Source: an uncultured Pseudomonadota bacterium
GTDB taxonomy: Bacteria > UBA10199 > GCA-002796325 > 1-14-0-20-49-13
Direction: 5' to 3'
NCBI GenBank assembly: GCA_964647545.1
Contig: CAZYHS010000004.1
Span: 2,713 to 66,712, forward strand
DNA length: 64,000 nucleotides
The notes below the pieces were generated by a model. It worked only from the letters and a program-made list of their open reading frames with translations, was not told where the DNA came from and made no database searches. Positions 46,416 to 56,119 of this stretch are shown piece by piece (position 1 is the stretch's first letter; every line of letters starts with the position of its first letter). The position numbers and the translations under genes are program-made.

Positions 46416-47831
46416 ATGAATATCAAAGACATCTTCGACACAAACCTAAACCAACAGCACGACCTCTTCGCCGACACCGTAAACACTCAACTTGTAAAGG
46501 TTTTACGCACAATTGGCTTTGACAAAAAATATGTCCGCGCGAAAGGCCAGTACCTCTACGACAAGGAGGGAAACGAATATCTCGACTTTCTCTCCGGCTA
46601 CGGCGTTTTCAACATGGGAAGGAATCATCCGGTCGTAAAAGAGGCCCTAATCGACGCGATCGGCATGGACACAGCCAGCATGGTGCAGATGGACGCGCCA
46701 CTTTTGGCCGGCGTGCTTGCCAAAAAGCTGCTCGAAAAAGTTAACCAAAGCGTCACAGCCGCCCTCCCCGAAAAAGCAAAAAAAGATGCCGAACTCGGCA
46801 TGGTTTTTTTCACAAACTCCGGCACAGAAGCCAACGAAGGGGCAATTAAATTCGCCCGCTATTCGACAAAGCGTCAGCGCATCGTCTATCTCGATCACGC
46901 CTTTCACGGACTAACGAACGGAACACTGGCATTTAACGGCAACGAAGAGTTCAAAGAGGGCTTCGGCGAACTCGCCCCCGGCAGCGTTGTGGTTCCAAGC
47001 GGCGATATCGACGCGCTCGAAAAAGAGCTCGCCAAAAAAGATGTCGCGGCATTTATTTTCGAAGCGGTTCAAGGCAAAGGGATCCGCTTTACGTCGGTCG
47101 AATATTTCCAGAGGGCTCAGGACCTATGCCGCAAATACGGCACGCTCATGATCGCCGACGAAGTGCAGTCGGGACTGGGCCGCACCGGCAAATGGTTCGC
47201 GTTCGAACATTTCGGGATCAGCCCCGATATCGTCACAATTGCAAAATCGCTCTCGGGCGGGTTCATTCCGGTCGGTGCGATCTGCTACAAAAAAGAAATT
47301 TACAACAAGGTCTTCCACAAAATGGACCGCTGCGTCGTCCACTCCAACACGTTCGGCCGCAACACGCTCGCCATGACCGCGGGCCTTGCCTCGCTTCAGG
47401 TGCTTGAAGACGAAGGCTTCATAAAGAACGCCGAACTTCGCGGTCGCGAGATCGTCGAGGGGATCTCGGCGCTCAAAGAAAAATACGAAATGCTCTACGA
47501 CGTGCGCGGCAAGGGTCTCATGATCGCATTTGAGTTCGGCCGTCCGAAATCGATGGGCTTAAAAATCGGCTGGGACCTTGTCCACAAGGTAAACTCCGGA
47601 CTCTTCGGCCAGATGGTGGTCGTGCCGCTGCTCTCCAAACACCGCATTCTTTCTCAGGTCACGGGCCACAACTGCGACATCGTAAGAATCCTACCGCCGC
47701 TTTGCATCACCGAACGCGACGTAAAATATTTCATCAAAGCGTTCGACGCCGTAATGGCAGACTGCCATCGCTTCCCCGGCGGAGCTTGGGAAGTCGGCAA
47801 AGAACTTGCCAAAAAAGCGCTGACCTCGTAA
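46416..47831 (+). CDS. hpnO: Class III PLP aminotransferase, HpnO-like (hopanoid amination)
   Basis: LDFLSGYG, NSGTEANEGA, DEVQSGLGRTG, IAKSLSGG, MDRCVVHSNTFG; adjacent to an HpnN-like MMPL gene. Confidence 0.65.
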   Translation: MNIKDIFDTNLNQQHDLFADTVNTQLVKVLRTIGFDKKYVRAKGQYLYDKEGNEYLDFLSGYGVFNMGRNHPVVKEALIDAIGMDTASMVQMDAPLLAGVLAKKLLEKVNQSVTAALPEKAKKDAELGMVFFTNSGTEANEGAIKFARYSTKRQRIVYLDHAFHGLTNGTLAFNGNEEFKEGFGELAPGSVVVPSGDIDALEKELAKKDVAAFIFEAVQGKGIRFTSVEYFQRAQDLCRKYGTLMIADEVQSGLGRTGKWFAFEHFGISPDIVTIAKSLSGGFIPVGAICYKKEIYNKVFHKMDRCVVHSNTFGRNTLAMTAGLASLQVLEDEGFIKNAELRGREIVEGISALKEKYEMLYDVRGKGLMIAFEFGRPKSMGLKIGWDLVHKVNSGLFGQMVVVPLLSKHRILSQVTGHNCDIVRILPPLCITERDVKYFIKAFDAVMADCHRFPGGAWEVGKELAKKALTS

Positions 47832-47841
47832 ATAGCGCTTC

Positions 47842-50487
47842 ATGCGCACAAAATTCCTATCAATTATCAGCCGGCTGGTAACGACCCGTCCGTGGACGGT
47901 GATCTTTGTATCAATCGCTCTCGCGATCGTCTGCGCGGTTTCGTCCGCGTTCTTTTTGAAGATGAACACCGATCAAGACGACCTCACCAGTGAGAAGCTC
48001 GCCTACCATAAGCGTTATAAAGATTATCTTCGCGAATTCGGCGATACCGAATACATGTTTGTGGTCGTTGAAAATCACGATCTGCCGCGTGCAAAAGAAT
48101 TCATCCGCTCACTTGCGACAAAGCTCGGACAAATTCCCGAAATAAAAGAAGTCACCTATCAAATTTCCAACCCAAAACTCGAAAAGAGCTTTCTGCTCTA
48201 TCTGCCGAAAGACCAGCTGAACGTCCTTGGCGATTTCATGCCCAAGCTCGGCTCACTCGACAGCCTCGCCGGCGTTTTCACAATGATGAACGGCGAAGTC
48301 GCGGCGGTTTCAAAAGCAAAGGTCGATAAAGATCGCGAAGACCAGTTGAAAACCGGTTTCATATTTTTAGACAACCTGCTCGACGGAATAATTTCGGCGG
48401 CGGAGGACGGCACATCGTACAAACCTTTTATGCAGCAGGCGTTCATCGGCGGAGAAAGGGCCTTCGACGAAGACGGCTTTCTCCTTAGCGAGAACGGCAA
48501 GCTCCTGTTCGTCATGATAATGCCGGAGAAGAACTACAAAACTCTCTCGGTCGTCGAGGAGCCGCTAAAAAAGATACGCGCGGCCATGGACGAAACCAGA
48601 AAAGATTTTCCGGAGGTCAAAGCAGGGCTCACCGGCAGGCCGGTCCTTGCAGCCGACGAAATGAAGGTCAGCGACACCGACATGACGCTTGCCACAATTG
48701 CCGCACTGCTGATTGTCACTTTAATTTTTATCGCCTATTTTAGAAGACCTGTAAGACCGGCGATGGCGGCGTTCGCTCTTGTGCTGGGCATTGTTCAAAC
48801 TCTTGGAGCGGCGACTTTATTTATCGGGCATCTAAATATTTTATCGATCGTTTTCGCGGTTATTTTGATAGGCGCCGGAATCGAGTTCGGCCTGCAAATC
48901 GTTTCGCGCTATCGCGAAGAACTGGCGGCCTCGCACAACGTAACCCGCTCCATCGAAATAGCGATCACCCAGACCGGCAAAGGCAACATTACCGCTGCAA
49001 TAACGACCGCCGCGGCATTTTTTGCTTCCTGCTTCACCGACTTTCTCGCGCTTCAGGAGCTTGGCTTCATTGCCGGCGCCGGCATTCTGCTGTGCCTTCT
49101 CAACATGTTCACGGTCCTCCCCGCCATGATGTTCATTGCCGACCGCGGCAAGCGGCAGGATCGTCTTAACACCACGCTGAAAATCGATCTTAAGGGGCTG
49201 CAATTTTTCTACCAAAGGGCGGGATTGGTCTTGCTGACGACTTTGGCAATTTCGATCGCCGCCATAGTCGGAGTTACGAAGGTCGGATTCGACCACAATT
49301 TGCTTAATCTGCAGGCGAAAGGGCTTGAATCGGTCGAATACGAAATGAAGATCATAAACGAATCGTCGCAATCGACATGGTTTGCTCCCTTCATTGCTGC
49401 GAACGCAAAAGATTCGGAAGTGATAGCAAAAAAACTGCGGGGGCTTTCGACCGTCGGCAAAGTCGAGACGGTTTCAGAGGTCGTGCCGGACGATCAGGAC
49501 GAAAAGATCGCGCTGGTAGCAAAACTTAGAGAGAGCGTTGGGGCCTCTTTGGTCAGGCCGAAAAAGAGCGGCTCGCTCAACTACGAAAATTTGCGTCAGG
49601 AACTGAAGAAATTTTCGGCGAACGTCCGGCGGCTCGCGGAGCTCGCGCTTTCAAGCGGCGACGCGGAAGCCGTCGAAGCTCTGGAAGGCATCGCCAATAA
49701 GGCCGACAGCGCAGCACAGCTGGTCTCGGGTCACGAACATCGGGTAGGCCAGTACGAAGCGGCCTTCATGGAGGATCTGGCCAAACAGATCAACATGCTA
49801 AAGAGCGGATTTTTCCCCGAGAAGATAACTCTAGACGATATGCCGCAAACGCTCAGAAACCGATACGTCAGCGCGGTCACCGGCCGCTATCAGCTCTACG
49901 CCTATCCTAAGATCGACATTTGGGATCCCGTGATGATGGAAAATTTCATCTCTGAACTTAGATCGGTCGACCCGAACGTGACCGGAACTCCGGTGGAAGT
50001 TTATGAATCTAGCAAACTGCTCGAAAAAAGCTTCAAGCAAGCGGCCCTCTTTTCGCTGGTCGCCATTCTTGTCGTGGTCTTCATCGATTTCAAAAACGTA
50101 AAACTTGCTTTATTTGCGGTAACGCCGCTTGGGTTGGGTGTGCTGTGGCTTTTCGGACTTATGGGATTTGCCGGCATTAAATTCAACCTTGCGAATTTTT
50201 TCGGCATTCCGATCTTACTGGGGGTCGGCATCGATAACGCGGTGCAGATCGTCCATCGTTATGTAAAGGAACGCGAAATAAGCGGGCCGACGCTTTTCAT
50301 GACCCGCTCGACCGGCGTCGCCGTACTTTTAACGTCGCTAACAACCTTCGCAAGTTTCGCCACAATGACATTTGCGAGGCATCAGGGAATCGCAAGCCTC
50401 GGTATGATCATGTCGCTTGGCACACTCACTTGTTTTATCGGCTCAATGATTGTCCTCCCCTCCCTGCTTAAAAAATTCGGGAAGTGA
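47842..50487 (+). CDS. hpnN: MMPL/RND-family lipid transporter, HpnN-like
   Basis: Two TM bundles, GLTGRPVL, IGAGIEFGLQI, GVGIDNAVQI, TGTPV. Confidence 0.65.
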   Translation: MRTKFLSIISRLVTTRPWTVIFVSIALAIVCAVSSAFFLKMNTDQDDLTSEKLAYHKRYKDYLREFGDTEYMFVVVENHDLPRAKEFIRSLATKLGQIPEIKEVTYQISNPKLEKSFLLYLPKDQLNVLGDFMPKLGSLDSLAGVFTMMNGEVAAVSKAKVDKDREDQLKTGFIFLDNLLDGIISAAEDGTSYKPFMQQAFIGGERAFDEDGFLLSENGKLLFVMIMPEKNYKTLSVVEEPLKKIRAAMDETRKDFPEVKAGLTGRPVLAADEMKVSDTDMTLATIAALLIVTLIFIAYFRRPVRPAMAAFALVLGIVQTLGAATLFIGHLNILSIVFAVILIGAGIEFGLQIVSRYREELAASHNVTRSIEIAITQTGKGNITAAITTAAAFFASCFTDFLALQELGFIAGAGILLCLLNMFTVLPAMMFIADRGKRQDRLNTTLKIDLKGLQFFYQRAGLVLLTTLAISIAAIVGVTKVGFDHNLLNLQAKGLESVEYEMKIINESSQSTWFAPFIAANAKDSEVIAKKLRGLSTVGKVETVSEVVPDDQDEKIALVAKLRESVGASLVRPKKSGSLNYENLRQELKKFSANVRRLAELALSSGDAEAVEALEGIANKADSAAQLVSGHEHRVGQYEAAFMEDLAKQINMLKSGFFPEKITLDDMPQTLRNRYVSAVTGRYQLYAYPKIDIWDPVMMENFISELRSVDPNVTGTPVEVYESSKLLEKSFKQAALFSLVAILVVVFIDFKNVKLALFAVTPLGLGVLWLFGLMGFAGIKFNLANFFGIPILLGVGIDNAVQIVHRYVKEREISGPTLFMTRSTGVAVLLTSLTTFASFATMTFARHQGIASLGMIMSLGTLTCFIGSMIVLPSLLKKFGK

Positions 50488-50581
50488 CTCTTTTAGGTAA
50501 CAAAATATAGCAGATAATTCTTTGTGATATTAAGCACTTAGCCTGTAAGGCCCATATTTTAAGCAACAAAACCGGTAAATT

Positions 50582-50589
50582 GCCGATAA
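50582..50589 (+). promoter_or_regulatory. sigma28/FliA-like -10 element
   Basis: Exact GCCGATAA, 40 nt before the ATG at 50630; a TAAG lies 18 nt upstream, which is not the canonical spacing. Confidence 0.4.
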
Positions 50590-50629
50590 ATATTAAGAGG
50601 TTAAGTGCGCCTTACCCGAGAGGTTATAA

Positions 50630-52657
50630 ATGAAAATTACGACAGAAAAAAAAGAACTTCCAATAGTCAGCCCGAAACAAGTCGAAGAGTATATCGCCGA
50701 ACTCGCTACGCGCGAAAAAAGCAGCTCGCAGCCTTTAAAAAGTCTGGCCGAGCTTAAAGAAGATGCGTTTCAAATTACGCACACGCTCATCGAGGAGATC
50801 GACATAAACGGCGACGGCTTCACCGACAAGGTCGAAGCAAACAGCTACCGCGTGCAAAATCCTTCCGGTGCCGGCGAATACAAATGGACGAACATAATCG
50901 CCGTAACGCTCGGCGGAGCAAATCATCCGGTCGTCAAAATCGACGCGACAAACGAACTGTTCGCCCCCGATACAAATTATCTTCTCGACCTTTCGGCCGC
51001 GGTCGCACTTTTGGATTTTGATGGGGACGCCGCCGACAAAAGAGTTGCAGAAGCCGTTTTTTCGGTCGCCACTTTTTGTTCCAACGCGGTCAGCTACGGT
51101 AATTTTATCACCTACCTGAGCAAGGCGCACAACAGCAGAGCCAACGAGATCAACGAAAAGCTTCAAAAAGAAACTTATGCATCCATGTCGATCGCCGAGA
51201 GCTCTCTGGAACGCAGCGTAGGAGGTCTAACTGACACCTCACAAAAAAATATTTTTCTGAAAATCTTGGAGAAAATAAAGGCCGCATCACAAACGACCGA
51301 CGATCTGGCCATTCCGCTGGAAGTGGCAAGCAAAGCCTATTCTATGTGGTGGCTTGAAAATAAAAACTGGCGTTCTCAAGAAAGCAAAGACCTTGTGGAA
51401 GCCGGCCTCTTAGAAAAATTGCTGCACATCTGCCGCTTTTCATCGGCTCCGGCCGACGACGCAAACTTTCTTTTCGCGATGGCTTCAAGAATAGCCTACC
51501 AGAAAAAGAGCGGAGGTTTTTTTGACGGCTCTGAAAACGGTTTTATCGCAACCGCAAACAGAATCGCCGAAAAAGCCGGATATAAAAACTATGCCGAGCT
51601 TCAGTTCGAAATTCGATACGGCATGAAGCCGCAGCAGTACATTCAAGCGGCGGAGCTTCTGCTTTCAAAGAACATGCTGCTACTTGAAGCGGCGATAGAG
51701 GAGATGCGCCGGCTGGTTCCGGAAGGCTACCAGATTTGGGACAACAATATTTGGGACATGTTCGATCTAAAAAAGAGAACCGCCCTGAAAAACATCGGGA
51801 TTGAAAGCGTGCCCGACCTATCCTTTGACGAAGCAATGTTCGCGGTGAAAAATTATTATAAAGATCTTGGATTCGACCTCGATTCGCCGCCGTTCAAAGG
51901 AAACATCGTAATTGAACCATGGATAAGAGACGACAAGCCGGCGTCAGACAGCGAGCTGCCGATCGGCGACGGCTCCAAATGCGTTATCACGCTTAACTAC
52001 GAGCCGTCCGGAAGATTGGACATTGAATCTCTACAAACTCTTACTCACGAGATCGGACACGCGATACACAGCATTCTCGCGTCACAAAACGCAATCGGAA
52101 GCGGGCTTCTCGGATTTAACGGCACAAAGGAAGAAATTACCGAAGGCGCAGCCATGATGCTTCAAACACCAGTTACCAGTAAGGCGTGGATGGACAAATA
52201 TCTGGCCGGCTTCCCGACGTTCGCGCGCGAAGATGTGCGTGAAGTGATGGCCAAGGAGACAAAAGAATACAGCACATGGTGGCATAGCGTTACGATTGTA
52301 AGGGCTCTTTGGGAAATCGGGCTTTACGACGAGTCCAAGCCGATGGACGAGAGGATCGACGCGTGGAGAGAACTTAACGTGAAATATCTTGGCTACGACG
52401 ATATCGGACTAAGCGCGGCGACCGCGACCTCATATTTAATGCTCGACTATCATCATCCGGTGAAAAAACCGCTCTTTTACTCGTCTTACACCATCAGCCA
52501 AAGCATGAGAGAGCCGTTTGTGGATGCCATTATTACAGGCCTCAGCGGCGACACAGCTGCTCTAAGAGCGCAGTCGCAAAAACTCAAAAAACTTTTCGAA
52601 GCCGGAGCAAGGATTCAAAGCGTTGACGAGATGAAACGCCTCTTCGAGTTTGACTGA
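50630..52657 (+). CDS. Orphan gluzincin (M3-like) metallopeptidase without signal peptide
   Basis: THEIGHAIH plus downstream TEGAAM; H....FY..Y motif near the C-terminus; N-terminal DINGDG EF-hand-like loop; GAGG RBS. Confidence 0.6.
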   Translation: MKITTEKKELPIVSPKQVEEYIAELATREKSSSQPLKSLAELKEDAFQITHTLIEEIDINGDGFTDKVEANSYRVQNPSGAGEYKWTNIIAVTLGGANHPVVKIDATNELFAPDTNYLLDLSAAVALLDFDGDAADKRVAEAVFSVATFCSNAVSYGNFITYLSKAHNSRANEINEKLQKETYASMSIAESSLERSVGGLTDTSQKNIFLKILEKIKAASQTTDDLAIPLEVASKAYSMWWLENKNWRSQESKDLVEAGLLEKLLHICRFSSAPADDANFLFAMASRIAYQKKSGGFFDGSENGFIATANRIAEKAGYKNYAELQFEIRYGMKPQQYIQAAELLLSKNMLLLEAAIEEMRRLVPEGYQIWDNNIWDMFDLKKRTALKNIGIESVPDLSFDEAMFAVKNYYKDLGFDLDSPPFKGNIVIEPWIRDDKPASDSELPIGDGSKCVITLNYEPSGRLDIESLQTLTHEIGHAIHSILASQNAIGSGLLGFNGTKEEITEGAAMMLQTPVTSKAWMDKYLAGFPTFAREDVREVMAKETKEYSTWWHSVTIVRALWEIGLYDESKPMDERIDAWRELNVKYLGYDDIGLSAATATSYLMLDYHHPVKKPLFYSSYTISQSMREPFVDAIITGLSGDTAALRAQSQKLKKLFEAGARIQSVDEMKRLFEFD

Positions 52658-52745
52658 TTTTCAAATCCCAAAAGCCGAAATTTGTACCGCACCAAGCTTT
52701 GTCACCACCGACACCAGCTCTGTCCCTTCCTTTTACTGGCCCTTC

Positions 52746-52774
52746 TTGACATGCAACTGGTTTTAGTGGATTAT
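52746..52774 (+). promoter_or_regulatory. sigma70-type promoter for the tol operon
   Basis: TTGACA-N17-GATTAT with upstream TG. Confidence 0.45.
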
Positions 52775-52842
52775 CCAATCCGCCTTTGGCGCATCACCGT
52801 CAAAAATTGGCTAACTAATTAAAAAGACTAAGGAGTTTTACC

Positions 52843-53553
52843 ATGTTAACACTACTTTCAGGCGCAGTTATGGACGCATCGGCCGCCGCGGTCGAAACCA
52901 CCGACATCGCGGGGGGCGGGCACTCGATGTTCTATCTTTTCTGGCAGGCCGACATTGTTGTGAAGATAGCTCTGCTTTTACTCGTGGGCTTCTCGGTTAT
53001 TTCGTGGGCCATCATCATCACAAAGTACCGTCAGTTGAAATCTTTCAGACAGCGCACTTACCATTTTCTCAACGCCTTCTGGCAGACAAAATCGCTCGAC
53101 CAGATGACGGCGAAAGGCTCGTTCCGCAAAAGCCCCGTCTTCAATATTTTTAAGTCGGGCGTGGCCTCGATGAGAGACCCCGACAACGCGAAAAATCTCG
53201 CCTACATTAAACGCGACGTGCAGCGCACGACCGAAGAAGAAATAGAACAGCTCGAATATTACGTCCCATTCCTCGCGACAACGGCGAGCGTCGCTCCGTT
53301 TATCGGGTTGTTCGGAACCGTGTGGGGAATTTTAAACGCATTTTTAAAACTCGGTAAAGGCGGCTCGACTTCGATCGCCGTCATCGGCCCGCACATCGCC
53401 GAAGCCCTTATCGCAACGGCCATCGGTCTTGCGGCGGCCATTCCGGCGGTAATTTTCTACAATTTTTTCATCAATAAAATCAGGCTGCTCAGCCGGGATA
53501 TTTTGCAGTTTTCGGACGACCTAAGCCACAGGATCGAAAAGGAATACTTCTAA
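52843..53553 (+). CDS. tolQ: TolQ (MotA/TolQ/ExbB family)
   Basis: FLATTASVAPFIGLFGTVWGI, GPHIAEALIATAIGLAAAIPA. Confidence 0.92.
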   Translation: MLTLLSGAVMDASAAAVETTDIAGGGHSMFYLFWQADIVVKIALLLLVGFSVISWAIIITKYRQLKSFRQRTYHFLNAFWQTKSLDQMTAKGSFRKSPVFNIFKSGVASMRDPDNAKNLAYIKRDVQRTTEEEIEQLEYYVPFLATTASVAPFIGLFGTVWGILNAFLKLGKGGSTSIAVIGPHIAEALIATAIGLAAAIPAVIFYNFFINKIRLLSRDILQFSDDLSHRIEKEYF

Positions 53554-53978
53554 TGAAACCCAACTCCGGACATCACAAACCGCTTTCGGAGATTAACGTC
53601 ATTCCGTTTTGCGATATCTTGCTCGTCCTCCTGATTATTTTTATGATCACCGCCCCGCTAATGCAGCAGGGGCTCGACGTAAATCTCCCGCAGGCCGAAG
53701 CGCCGGCGATCTCCCGCGAAAAGACCGACGTAATCGTCACCATAAAACGCAACGGCGACATTTTCATTGGAGACGAGGCATCCCCCGTTCCGATGAACTT
53801 CCTCGAGAAGAAACTTAGCGACATCTACAAGAACAAAGAACGCAAAGATCTGTTCATTAAAGCCGACGGCGACATCCGCTACGGCGAGGTCGTTCAAGTT
53901 ATGGCAATGGCGAAAAATGCCGGAATTTCACGCATCGGCATGGTGACTCAACCGCCAAAAGAAGAGGTTCGTAACTAA
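53553..53978 (+). CDS. tolR: TolR (ExbD/TolR family)
   Basis: SEINVIPFCDILLVLLIIFMITAP, VNLPQA, KADG...YGEV. Confidence 0.92.
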   Translation: MKPNSGHHKPLSEINVIPFCDILLVLLIIFMITAPLMQQGLDVNLPQAEAPAISREKTDVIVTIKRNGDIFIGDEASPVPMNFLEKKLSDIYKNKERKDLFIKADGDIRYGEVVQVMAMAKNAGISRIGMVTQPPKEEVRN

Positions 53979-53983
53979 CTCTC

Positions 53984-54760
53984 GTGTTTACTCGACAGGA
54001 AATCCCAAGCCTTAAAAGACCGATCTACTATTCTGTGATCGGCCATCTGATTTTTATTATCTTTTGCACGCTGGTCTCTCATTTCACGTGGCCGTTCAAA
54101 CAGCGGCCGGTCGATCTTGTGTGGGTCGAACTTCCGCGCGGCACAAGCGAAGAGGTCGATACCGGCATGAAGCAAAGCGAAGGCTTGCCAAAAAGCACGA
54201 TTCAGGAACAGAAGCAGCTTTTTAAATCACCGCCCCAGCCCGACGAAAAAGCCATGAAAGAGCCGGTGACAAAAGTTAAAAAGCAAACTGAAAAGAAGGT
54301 CGAAAAGAAAAAACCCAAGGATAAAATAGATACCGCTCTGGCGAAGATCGACAAAATGTTAAAAACCAGAGACGTACGACCGGAAGCCGCCCAGATCGGG
54401 CAGAGCGGAGAGGGTTTCAAATACGGCACGGGTGACAAACCGGTGATAGTTCCGCGCGACGACGTCGAATATTTAAAATATCAGGCGATAATTCGCATGA
54501 GGATCATCAACGAATGGATCGTCCCGCCAAAATATATCGAACAGCCGTCGTCAATCGCCCAGTATCCTTCGCTTATCGTCATGATAAATGAAGAGGGCGA
54601 GGTAATTTCAACTCAATGGGAAACGCAATCCGGCGACAAGGCTTTGGACGCCTCTTGTCTGCGCGCAGTCTATCGCGCCGCGCCGTTCGACTCGCCGCCG
54701 GAGAGACTCAAATGGGAAGCCTACAACGAAGGATTCACGGTTTCGTGTAAGCCGAGGTAA
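53984..54760 (+). CDS. tolA: TolA/TonB-like energy transducer
   Basis: N-terminal TM with SxxGH, Lys-rich linker, C-terminal SGDKALDASCLRAVYRAAPF; lies between tolR and tolB. Confidence 0.75.
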   Translation: MFTRQEIPSLKRPIYYSVIGHLIFIIFCTLVSHFTWPFKQRPVDLVWVELPRGTSEEVDTGMKQSEGLPKSTIQEQKQLFKSPPQPDEKAMKEPVTKVKKQTEKKVEKKKPKDKIDTALAKIDKMLKTRDVRPEAAQIGQSGEGFKYGTGDKPVIVPRDDVEYLKYQAIIRMRIINEWIVPPKYIEQPSSIAQYPSLIVMINEEGEVISTQWETQSGDKALDASCLRAVYRAAPFDSPPERLKWEAYNEGFTVSCKPR

Positions 54761-54762
54761 TT

Positions 54763-56055
54763 ATGAAAAAGATCGCATTGTTTTTAATGTTCACGGCAAT
54801 TATTTTTGCGGCGCAAACGGCGTCCGCAAGAATTTACATTCCGGTCGATCAGCCAAGCGACAAACCATTTCCAATCGCCGTCACAGATTTTGTTAACGAG
54901 GGGGGCTCAGGAGGCGCGGCCGAAGATATCCCCGAGGTGATAAAGAACGATCTTACGCTCTCCGGATATTTTCAGCTCATTCCAAAAGAGGCATTTTTAG
55001 AAAAGGGAAACGGCTTCACGGCCGACAGCATCAACTTCGCGCAATGGACTTCGATCGAGGCAGGTGGAGTGGTCAAAGGCAGAGTCAAAAAAGAGGGTGA
55101 CAAGTACACGGTACAAATAAAATTGTTCGATCCATATTCGGCGCAAATGCTCGTCGGCAAGCAGTATTCCGCGACCAAAAAAGATCTGCGTTCGGTAGCT
55201 CACCGTTTTTCGGACGAAATCATGTTAGCACTTACAGGCATGCGCGGCATTTTCAATACAAAGATCGCCTATTCGGCATCGACCGGAAGAGGGAGCAAGG
55301 CCATCTATGTGATGGACGTTGACGGAGAAAATAATCAGCGACTTACAAAGGACTCGTCGATTAATATCGGGCCGTCGTGGTCGCCGGACGGCAGCAAGCT
55401 CACCTACGCCTCTTATAAAAAAGGTTCGCCCGAGATCTACGCCATGGACCTCGGCAGCGGAAACGTAAGACAGATAACCAGAAACGGTAACACAAACATT
55501 ACGCCTGAATTTTCGGCCGACGGAAAATCTATCTACTTCGCGTCGTCGCTCGCTCATTCGACTGAGATTTTTTCGGCGCCGGCAAGCGGCGGAGGAAGGC
55601 TAAGACAGATCACCGACGTTGGCGGCATAAATCTCGCCCCGCGTTTTACTCCCGACGGGTCAACGATGGTTTACGGTTCTACCAGAGCCGGAAGACTGCA
55701 TGTTTACAAAGGTTCTCCTGAAAGCGGCGCGGCTCAGCGTTTGACATTTGTCGGCACCCACAATGATTCGCCCGATATTTCGCCGGACGGCACAAAAATC
55801 GTTTTCTGCGGACAGGATTCCGGCGCGTTCGACATCTTCATTATGAACAGCGACGGGACTAACATTCAACGTCTCACGGTAAACTCGGGCTCCAACGAAC
55901 ATCCGAGGTGGTCGCCGGACGGCCGCTACATAGTTTTTAGCTCGACTCGACCCGAAGGGGCCGGCATCTACATGATGAGAGCCGATGGAGCCAATCAGGT
56001 AAAAATCTCCAAAGGCGGCGGAGTTCTGCCCGACTGGAGCCCGTGGTTGAAATGA
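54763..56055 (+). CDS. tolB: TolB beta-propeller protein
   Basis: Signal peptide, LTLSGYF, AHRFSDEI, repeated PSWSPDG/PRWSPDG. Confidence 0.94.
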   Translation: MKKIALFLMFTAIIFAAQTASARIYIPVDQPSDKPFPIAVTDFVNEGGSGGAAEDIPEVIKNDLTLSGYFQLIPKEAFLEKGNGFTADSINFAQWTSIEAGGVVKGRVKKEGDKYTVQIKLFDPYSAQMLVGKQYSATKKDLRSVAHRFSDEIMLALTGMRGIFNTKIAYSASTGRGSKAIYVMDVDGENNQRLTKDSSINIGPSWSPDGSKLTYASYKKGSPEIYAMDLGSGNVRQITRNGNTNITPEFSADGKSIYFASSLAHSTEIFSAPASGGGRLRQITDVGGINLAPRFTPDGSTMVYGSTRAGRLHVYKGSPESGAAQRLTFVGTHNDSPDISPDGTKIVFCGQDSGAFDIFIMNSDGTNIQRLTVNSGSNEHPRWSPDGRYIVFSSTRPEGAGIYMMRADGANQVKISKGGGVLPDWSPWLK

Positions 56056-56078
56056 TTTGAAGTCTAGATCGAAAAAAG

Positions 56079-56110
56079 AAAAGCCCTTCCTGAAAAGGAA
56101 GGGCTTTTTA
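56079..56110. terminator. Bidirectional terminator between tolB and the convergent kinase operon
   Basis: aaaagcccttcct-gaaa-aggaagggctttt. Confidence 0.85.
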
Positions 56111-56119
56111 TTGGTTTGT

